DNA from: an uncultured Pelagibacteraceae bacterium
GTDB lineage: Bacteria; Pseudomonadota; Alphaproteobacteria; Pelagibacterales; Pelagibacteraceae
NCBI GenBank assembly: GCA_902553465.1
Contig: CACDKW010000001.1
Location: 6,032 to 70,031 of the forward strand
Reading direction: 5' to 3'
Length of the DNA stretch: 64,000 bases
Part shown: piece by piece, positions 57,266 through 64,000 of the stretch
How the letters are laid out: every line of letters begins with the position of its first letter
How positions within the stretch are numbered: position 1 is the stretch's first letter
The notes under the pieces: model-generated
Seen by the model: only the letters and a program-made list of their open reading frames with translations
Databases searched by the model: none
What the model was told of the DNA's origin: nothing
Program-made: the position numbers and the translations under genes

Positions 57266-58588
57266 ATGACAGAAAAAATTTTAGTACCAGTGCTTGGAGA
57301 GAGTATTACAGAAGCAACAATTTCTAAATGGTTAAAAAGCAAAGGTGAGAGTATTAACGCTGATGAACCAGTAGTAGAATTAGAGACAGATAAAGTTAAT
57401 ATAGAAGTTCCATCTCCAATTGATGGAACACTTGCAAAAATTAATTTTAAAAAAGGTGATGTTGTAGAAGTTGGTGCTATTCTAGGAGAAATTTCAACTG
57501 GAACAGTAAATAAAAAAGAAGAAAAAGTTCAAAATAAAGAGGATTTACAAAAAAAAGAATCTGACAATGTAGTAAGTTTTGAGAAAGAAAAAATACAAAA
57601 ACCAAAAATTTTTGAAGATGAAAAAAAACAAGAACCATTAGTCTTAAGAAAAGAAAAGCCATTAGTTTTAGATAAAGAGGAACCGTTAGTTTTAACAAAA
57701 GAGCTACCTAGTAAACAAAAAACAATTCGCGAAAAGGTACTATCTCCAGCAGTAAGAAAAATTGTAGAAGAAAATAAGATTGATATTAGTTCAATTAAAG
57801 GAACAGGTAAGTCTGGTCAAATTTTAAAAGGTGACTTAATTAGTTTAATGGGATCAGCCCCTCAGCCATCGGAAAGAAAACTAAAATATGGTCCTGAAGA
57901 AAGAATTAAAATGAGCAGACTAAGACAAACCATAGCAAAAAGACTAAAAGAAGCTCAAGAAAATGCAGCTATGTTAACTACATTTAATGAAGTTGATATG
58001 ACAAATATTATTAAAATGAGAAAAAATAACCAAGAGGATTTTCAAAAACGATTTGGAATAAAACTTGGTTTTATGTCTTTTTTTGTAAAAGCTTGTGTGC
58101 TTGGATTGAAAGCATTTCCAGCAATCAATGCCGAAATAGAGAGTGAAGAAATTATATATAAAAACTATTATAATATTAGTTTTGCAGTTGGTACTGAAAA
58201 AGGTTTAGTTGTTCCAGTATTAAGAAATGCAGATGAATTATCATTTGCAGAAATAGAGAAAAATATAAAAACAATTTCTGAAAAAGCTAGAGATGGAAAA
58301 CTAGCTATTGATGATTTACAAGGTGGAACATTTACAATAAGCAATGGAGGTGTATATGGCTCTATGCTTTCAACACCAATTCTTAATCCACCACAATCAG
58401 GAGTACTCGGGATGCACAATATAGTTGAAAGACCTATTGCTATAAATGGAGAAGTTGAAGTTAGACCAGTAATGTATTTGGCTTTATCGTATGATCATAG
58501 AATAATAGATGGCAAAGACTCAGTTTCTTTTTTAAAGTTATTAAAAGAAAATCTTGAGGATCCAAGAAAACTATTTTTAGACCTTTAA
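57266..58588 (+). CDS. sucB: dihydrolipoyllysine succinyltransferase E2
   Basis: Lipoyl ETDKV, SPAVRK E3-binding domain, [18 protein letters not shown]. Confidence 0.96.
   Translation: MTEKILVPVLGESITEATISKWLKSKGESINADEPVVELETDKVNIEVPSPIDGTLAKINFKKGDVVEVGAILGEISTGTVNKKEEKVQNKEDLQKKESDNVVSFEKEKIQKPKIFEDEKKQEPLVLRKEKPLVLDKEEPLVLTKELPSKQKTIREKVLSPAVRKIVEENKIDISSIKGTGKSGQILKGDLISLMGSAPQPSERKLKYGPEERIKMSRLRQTIAKRLKEAQENAAMLTTFNEVDMTNIIKMRKNNQEDFQKRFGIKLGFMSFFVKACVLGLKAFPAINAEIESEEIIYKNYYNISFAVGTEKGLVVPVLRNADELSFAEIEKNIKTISEKARDGKLAIDDLQGGTFTISNGGVYGSMLSTPILNPPQSGVLGMHNIVERPIAINGEVEVRPVMYLALSYDHRIIDGKDSVSFLKLLKENLEDPRKLFLDL
57632..57703 (+). repeat. 3 x 24-bp imperfect tandem repeat in sucB linker
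   Basis: gaaccattagtcttaagaaaagaa / aagccattagttttagataaagag / gaaccgttagttttaacaaaagag encoding (E/K)PLVLxKE. Confidence 0.85.
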
Positions 58589-58589
58589 A

Positions 58590-59990
58590 ATGACAGAAAA
58601 ATTTCAAGCAACTATAATCGGAGGTGGTCCAGGTGGCTATGTATGTGCAATAAGATTAGCCCAACTGGGTTTAAAAACTGCATGCATTGAATCTAGAGGG
58701 AGTTTAGGAGGAACTTGCTTAAATATTGGATGCATACCTTCAAAAAGTTTGCTTAATCTTTCAGAAAATTTTCATAAAGCAAAAAATTTTTCAAAAATTG
58801 GTATTGAAGTTGGCGAGGTTAAACTCAATCTCCAAAAAATGATGGAAAATAAAGACAAAGCGGTAACGACTTTGACAAAAGGTGTAGAATTTTTATTTAA
58901 GAAAAATAAAGTAACTTATTTTAAAGGTACTGGTAAATTAAAATCAAAATCTGAAATATCAATTATAGATAAAAATAATAAAGAGACAAATATAGAATCA
59001 GAAAATATTATTATAAGTACTGGCTCAGAACCTGTACCTCTTCCAGGAGTTGAGTTTGATGAAGAAAAAATAATTTCTTCTACTGGTGCGTTATCATTAA
59101 AGTCTGTCCCAAAAAAAATGGTAGTTGTTGGTGGTGGTTATATTGGCTTAGAAATGGGATCTGTTTGGTCTAGATTAGGATCAGAAATCCATGTTATTGA
59201 ATTTTTAGATCATATTACACCAGGCATGGATAAAGAAATTTCAAATGAATTTATGAAAATTTTAAGGAAACAAGGTTTAAATTTTCATTTAGAAACAAAA
59301 GTTGAAAAGATATCAAAATCAAAAAATGGGGTTTTAATTGAAACTTTGGACAAAAAAGGAAAAAAAACAAAACTTGAAAGTGATGTAGTTTTGATTTCTG
59401 TAGGCAGAAAACCTTATACAAAAAATTTAAATTTAGAAAAAGTAGGAATAAAATTAGATGAAAAAAAAAGAATTAAAGTTAATAAAAATTATCAAACAAA
59501 TATAGAAAATATTTATGCTATTGGGGATGTTATTGCAGGTCCAATGTTAGCTCATAAAGCTGAAGAAGAAGGGATAGCTGTTGCAGAATTAATTTCTGGG
59601 CAATCTGGCCATGTTAATTATGAAGTTATACCTGGTGTTGTTTATACAACACCTGAAGTTGCATCAGTAGGCAAAACTGAAGAACAACTTAAGGAAAAAA
59701 ATACAAAGTATAAAATTGGAAAGTTCCCCTTTATGGCTAATTCAAGAGCAAAAGCTATTGATGAACCAGATGGGTTTGTAAAAATTTTAGCTGATGCAAC
59801 CACAGATAAGGTACTAGGTGTTCATTTGATAGGTCCTCATGCAGGAGAATTAATTGCAGAAATGGCAATAGCAATGGAATTTGGGGCTAGCTCTGAAGAT
59901 ATTGCAAGAACTTGTCATGCTCATCCTACTTTTTCTGAGGCTGTAAAAGAAGCAGCTTTATCAGTAGAAAAAAGACAAATTCACTCGTAG
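58590..59990 (+). CDS. lpdA: dihydrolipoyl dehydrogenase
   Basis: GGGPGG, GGTCLNIGCIPSK, GGGYIGLE, HPTFSE. Confidence 0.97.
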   Translation: MTEKFQATIIGGGPGGYVCAIRLAQLGLKTACIESRGSLGGTCLNIGCIPSKSLLNLSENFHKAKNFSKIGIEVGEVKLNLQKMMENKDKAVTTLTKGVEFLFKKNKVTYFKGTGKLKSKSEISIIDKNNKETNIESENIIISTGSEPVPLPGVEFDEEKIISSTGALSLKSVPKKMVVVGGGYIGLEMGSVWSRLGSEIHVIEFLDHITPGMDKEISNEFMKILRKQGLNFHLETKVEKISKSKNGVLIETLDKKGKKTKLESDVVLISVGRKPYTKNLNLEKVGIKLDEKKRIKVNKNYQTNIENIYAIGDVIAGPMLAHKAEEEGIAVAELISGQSGHVNYEVIPGVVYTTPEVASVGKTEEQLKEKNTKYKIGKFPFMANSRAKAIDEPDGFVKILADATTDKVLGVHLIGPHAGELIAEMAIAMEFGASSEDIARTCHAHPTFSEAVKEAALSVEKRQIHS

Positions 59991-60009
59991 TATATTTTCA
60001 TATGAAAAT

Positions 60010-61968
60010 ATGAAAATTCCAATTTTATTACCAAATATATTTAACCATCCATTTACTTATAACTCCTCTAAGTTAAATCTTAAATTGGGTGATTATGTTG
60101 AAGTACCATTTGGAAAAAGTAAAAAAATTGGAATTGTTTGGGATGAGTTTGAAAAAACAAAAAACAAAAAATATTTAGTAAAAAACATAATTAGAAGATT
60201 AGAAATTCCACCTATAAATTTAGAAACAATTAATTTTTTAAAATGGTTCTCAGAATACAATATGGTTCCATTAGGAATGTCTTTAAAATTACTTTTATTA
60301 AGTAGTGAAGCTATTGAAGTACAAAATTATAAAGAATTACAAAAATATACTACATACAAAAAAACCAATGAAATTAAGCTTTCTGACGAACAATTGACTT
60401 CAGTAAAAGATATAACCAAAAATGATAATAAATTTAGAGTACATGTAATTCAAGGAACAACTGGATCAGGAAAAACAATCGTATATTTTAACAGTATAAA
60501 AAAAAAATTAAATGAAGGCTTTCAAGGTTTAATTTTATTACCCGAGATAGGTTTAACTGAAGAATTTCAAAAAAAATTCCTTGAATTTTTTGGTTTTGAA
60601 GCTGCTATCTGGCATTCATCAGTAACAAAAAAAAATAAAAAAATTATATGGAATGGTGTTGCTACTGGAAAAATTAAAGTACTAATTGGAGCTAGATCAT
60701 CATTATTTTTACCTTTTTACAATTTAGGCATAATTATTGTGGATGAAGAGCATGATCAATCTTACAAGCAAGATGAAGGGATAATTTATAATGCCAGAGA
60801 TATGGCTATTTCAAGAGCTTCGTTTGCAAATATACCAATAAATTTAGTTACTGCAGTTCCCTCAGTCGAAACATTTGATAATATTAAAAAAGGAAAATTT
60901 TTTCATTCAAGATTATATAAAAGATATTTAGATGCAAATCTTCCAAATCATGAAATAATAAATCTAAATAAAAGTAACTTAAAAAAAAATTCCTGGATAT
61001 CTGATAAAACAATTGAAAAAGTAAAAGATCATTTAATTAAAAATGATCAAGTACTTTTTTTTGTAAATAGAAGAGGATTTGCTCCTTATGTTCTTTGTAA
61101 AAAATGTTTAAAATCACATACATGCCCAAACTGCTCAATAAATTTAGTTTACCATAAAAAAAAAGATAATTTAGTTTGCCATTACTGCGGATATACAACA
61201 AAATTAAATAGAAAATGTAATGATAATAAAAATTGTGAATATGTATTTAGTGGACCAGGTGTAGAAAGAATTTATGATGAAGTAAAAAAAATTTTTTCAG
61301 ATAAAGAAATTGCTATTTTTTCAAGTGATACAATGAATAAAAAATCATCTTCGGAAACTCTAGAAAAAATTAAAAATAATAAAATTTCAATTTTAGTTGG
61401 AACTCAACTTATATCTAAAGGATTTCATTTTCCAAATTTAAATTGTATAGTTGTTGTAGATATAGACTTAACTTTACATGGACATGACTTAAGATCTGCC
61501 GAAAAAAATTTACAATTATATCATCAGTTATCTGGAAGAGCGGGAAGAACTGGAAAACCTGCAACAGTATATTTTCAAACTTATAATATTCAATCAGATA
61601 AGATATCTGAAATTACTAACGCTAATCCTGATATATTTTTAGAAAAAGAACTAGTACTTAGAAAAAAAAATAATCTACCTCCTTTTGAAAGATTTATATC
61701 AATTATATTAAGTGGAAAAAATCAAAAAAAGATTGAGTTATTTGCTTACAAACTTAAAGAAAAATTAAACGATAATTTAAATGCAAAAATACTAGGTCCA
61801 GTGATTGCGCCAATATTTAAAATAAATAAAAATTTTAGATATAGAATGTTGATCAGATCTACAAAAACACAAAAAATGCAAAAATCTTTGTCTAACGTTT
61901 TAAACGATTTCAAAAATCAAAAAGAAATAAAACTAGCAGTTGATGTTGACCCAATAAGCTTTAATTAA
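60010..61968 (+). CDS. priA: primosomal protein N' helicase
   Basis: GTTGSGKT, DEEH, Cys-rich Zn motifs, Q..GRAGR, C-terminal DVDP. Confidence 0.95.
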   Translation: MKIPILLPNIFNHPFTYNSSKLNLKLGDYVEVPFGKSKKIGIVWDEFEKTKNKKYLVKNIIRRLEIPPINLETINFLKWFSEYNMVPLGMSLKLLLLSSEAIEVQNYKELQKYTTYKKTNEIKLSDEQLTSVKDITKNDNKFRVHVIQGTTGSGKTIVYFNSIKKKLNEGFQGLILLPEIGLTEEFQKKFLEFFGFEAAIWHSSVTKKNKKIIWNGVATGKIKVLIGARSSLFLPFYNLGIIIVDEEHDQSYKQDEGIIYNARDMAISRASFANIPINLVTAVPSVETFDNIKKGKFFHSRLYKRYLDANLPNHEIINLNKSNLKKNSWISDKTIEKVKDHLIKNDQVLFFVNRRGFAPYVLCKKCLKSHTCPNCSINLVYHKKKDNLVCHYCGYTTKLNRKCNDNKNCEYVFSGPGVERIYDEVKKIFSDKEIAIFSSDTMNKKSSSETLEKIKNNKISILVGTQLISKGFHFPNLNCIVVVDIDLTLHGHDLRSAEKNLQLYHQLSGRAGRTGKPATVYFQTYNIQSDKISEITNANPDIFLEKELVLRKKNNLPPFERFISIILSGKNQKKIELFAYKLKEKLNDNLNAKILGPVIAPIFKINKNFRYRMLIRSTKTQKMQKSLSNVLNDFKNQKEIKLAVDVDPISFN

Positions 61969-61990
61969 GGCCCTTAAATTAAGCTTTTTT
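61956..61990 (+). terminator. possible intrinsic terminator after priA
   Basis: AAGCTTTAATTAAG-GCC-CTTAAATTAAGCTT imperfect stem followed by a T run. Confidence 0.5.
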
Positions 61991-62074
61991 GCTAACGTGT
62001 CGCTTGAAGAGATTAATTTCATATGCTAATTAAATTCAACTTTTATAAAACCTCATAACTAATAGGGATATACA

Positions 62075-62632
62075 TTGAGCGACAAAAATAGATTTTCAGA
62101 CTCTTCTGCAAAGAGCTATTCGCAAGCGCTTTATGAACTAGCATTTGAAGAAAAAAATTTGAATCATGTTGAAAAAAATGTGATCTCGCTTCTCAGGCTC
62201 ATTTCTCAAAGTGAAGATTTTAATTCGCTTATTAAAGATCCAACAAATAAGCAAGAAAATCAGTTAAATGTTATAAATATAATTTTTGAAAAATTTAATT
62301 TGAACAATCTATTAAAAAAATTTTTAAATTTTTTAGTAATTAAAAGAAGATTTTTTTATCTTGAAAAAATTTTAAAAGATTTCATAATGATTTGTTCAAA
62401 AAACCGTGGTGAAATTTCTGCAAAATTAACTGTAGCAAAAGAACTTAGTGAAAATCAAATAAATAGAATAAAAAATGATTTATCACAAGATTTTGGTTCA
62501 GATGTTAAATTAAACTACAACTATGACCCAGGGTTGATAGGGGGACTAATTATGCAAATAGAAAGTGTTATGATTGATACATCTATCAAAAATAAATTAC
62601 AAAAAATTGAAAACAAAATGATTGAGGCATAA
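62075..62632 (+). CDS. atpH: ATP synthase F1 delta subunit
   Basis: Y..ALYELA, DPGLIGGL....S.MIDTS; TTG start; precedes atpA. Confidence 0.92.
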   Translation: MSDKNRFSDSSAKSYSQALYELAFEEKNLNHVEKNVISLLRLISQSEDFNSLIKDPTNKQENQLNVINIIFEKFNLNNLLKKFLNFLVIKRRFFYLEKILKDFIMICSKNRGEISAKLTVAKELSENQINRIKNDLSQDFGSDVKLNYNYDPGLIGGLIMQIESVMIDTSIKNKLQKIENKMIEA

Positions 62633-64000
62633 ATGGAAATAAATCCGTCAGAAGTAACAAAAATATTAAAAGAGCAAATTAAAAAATTTGGAGATAAAGC
62701 AGAAGTAACTGAAGTTGGCCAGGTCTTGTCTGTTGGTGATGGAATAGCAAGAATATATGGTTTAGATAATGTTCAAGCAGGTGAGATGGTTGAATTTTCC
62801 GATGGTTCAAAAGGCATGGCCTTAAACTTAGAAAGTGATAATGTTGGTGTTGTAATTTTTGGTGATGATAGAGCTGTAAAAGAAGGTGACACTGTAAAAA
62901 GAACTGGAGCAATTGTAGATACTCCAGTAGGCAAAGAGTTATTAGGAAGAGTTGTTGATGGATTGGGAAATCCAATAGATGGAAAAGGCGCACTAGATAA
63001 AAGTATAAAAAGAAGCAGAGTTGAAGTTAAAGCTCCAGGAATAATTCCAAGAAAATCTGTAAATGAACCAATGCAATCAGGACTAAAATCAGTTGATAGT
63101 TTAGTTCCTATAGGAAGAGGACAAAGAGAATTAATTATTGGTGACAGACAAACAGGAAAAACTGCAGTTGCAATTGATACAATAATTAATCAAAAAAAAA
63201 TTAATGAATCCAATGATGAAAAACAAAAATTATATTGTATTTATGTAGCAATTGGGCAAAAAAGATCCACCGTAAGACAAATAGAAAAATCATTAGAAGA
63301 AGCTGGAGCTATGGAGTACACAACAATAGTTGCAGCAACAGCATCAGATGCAGCACCACTTCAATTTTTAGCCCCTTACACAGGATGTGCTATGGGGGAG
63401 TATTTTAGAGACAATGGAATGCATGCTTTAATCATTTATGATGATTTATCTAAGCAAGCAGTTGCATATAGACAAATGTCGTTATTATTAAGAAGACCTC
63501 CCGGACGAGAAGCTTATCCGGGTGATGTTTTTTATTTACACAGCAGACTACTTGAAAGAGCGGCTAAGCTTAGTGATGAACATGGAGGAGGATCTTTAAC
63601 AGCGCTTCCAATTATTGAAACACAAGGTGGAGATGTATCTGCATTTATTCCAACCAATGTAATTTCAATCACAGATGGGCAAATATTCCTTGAAACAAAT
63701 TTGTTTAACCAAGGAATTAGACCGGCAATTAATGTTGGTTTGTCTGTATCCAGAGTTGGATCTTCGGCTCAAACAAAAGCTATGAAAAAAGTATCTGGTT
63801 CAATGAAACTAGAACTTGCACAATACAGGGAGATGGCAGCATTTGCTCAATTTGGATCAGACCTGGATGCTTCAACTCAAAAATTATTAAATAGAGGCTC
63901 AAAACTAACTGAACTTTTAAAACAAAAACAATATTCACCAATGACAGTTGCAGAACAAGTGATTTCAGTTTTTTGTGGTGTTAAAGGTTATTTAGACGAT
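62633..64000 (+). CDS. atpA: ATP synthase F1 alpha subunit, truncated by window edge
   Basis: Hand translation: MEINPSEV..., [41 protein letters not shown]. Confidence 0.97.
   Translation, partial: MEINPSEVTKILKEQIKKFGDKAEVTEVGQVLSVGDGIARIYGLDNVQAGEMVEFSDGSKGMALNLESDNVGVVIFGDDRAVKEGDTVKRTGAIVDTPVGKELLGRVVDGLGNPIDGKGALDKSIKRSRVEVKAPGIIPRKSVNEPMQSGLKSVDSLVPIGRGQRELIIGDRQTGKTAVAIDTIINQKKINESNDEKQKLYCIYVAIGQKRSTVRQIEKSLEEAGAMEYTTIVAATASDAAPLQFLAPYTGCAMGEYFRDNGMHALIIYDDLSKQAVAYRQMSLLLRRPPGREAYPGDVFYLHSRLLERAAKLSDEHGGGSLTALPIIETQGGDVSAFIPTNVISITDGQIFLETNLFNQGIRPAINVGLSVSRVGSSAQTKAMKKVSGSMKLELAQYREMAAFAQFGSDLDASTQKLLNRGSKLTELLKQKQYSPMTVAEQVISVFCGVKGYLDD

Noticed and set aside
1-64000. tRNA, rRNA, CRISPR arrays, IS elements
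   Set aside because: No cloverleaf, spaced direct repeats or transposase motifs seen by eye; spacers are mostly too short (tRNAscan/Infernal not run)

Overview
Very AT-rich, densely packed chromosomal segment with short or overlapping intergenic spacers. The gene set (chvIG, regA, F1Fo zeta subunit, class I LysRS, amgK-murU) indicates an alphaproteobacterium, most likely SAR11/Pelagibacterales (inference from composition and gene content). In order: djlA; aceA with a divergent ScfR/RamB regulator and an uncalled 54-aa ORF; cfa; ptrB; a sigma32/ROSE-controlled hsp20; a ~10 kb purine uptake/catabolism cluster (two NCS2 permeases, gpt, a PuuD lacking its cytochrome domain, guaD, xdhAB, uraH, uraD, a stand-alone cytochrome c); msrA-sseA-RND pump with an adaptor lacking the alpha-hairpin; murU-amgK-tsaE-ahcY-chvGI-polA; a decarboxylase/DHS-like/ureohydrolase polyamine operon whose leader holds two hairpins with identical GCUGA loops; pyrD, lysS, trkH, ampG, tyrC, hisC; SAM-II riboswitch-metX; an abrupt metW'/'sucA junction (probably a chimera or deletion); then sucB-lpdA-priA-atpH-atpA'. 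I saw no tRNA, rRNA, CRISPR, IS or phage genes. All calls come from motif recognition by eye; no searches were run.
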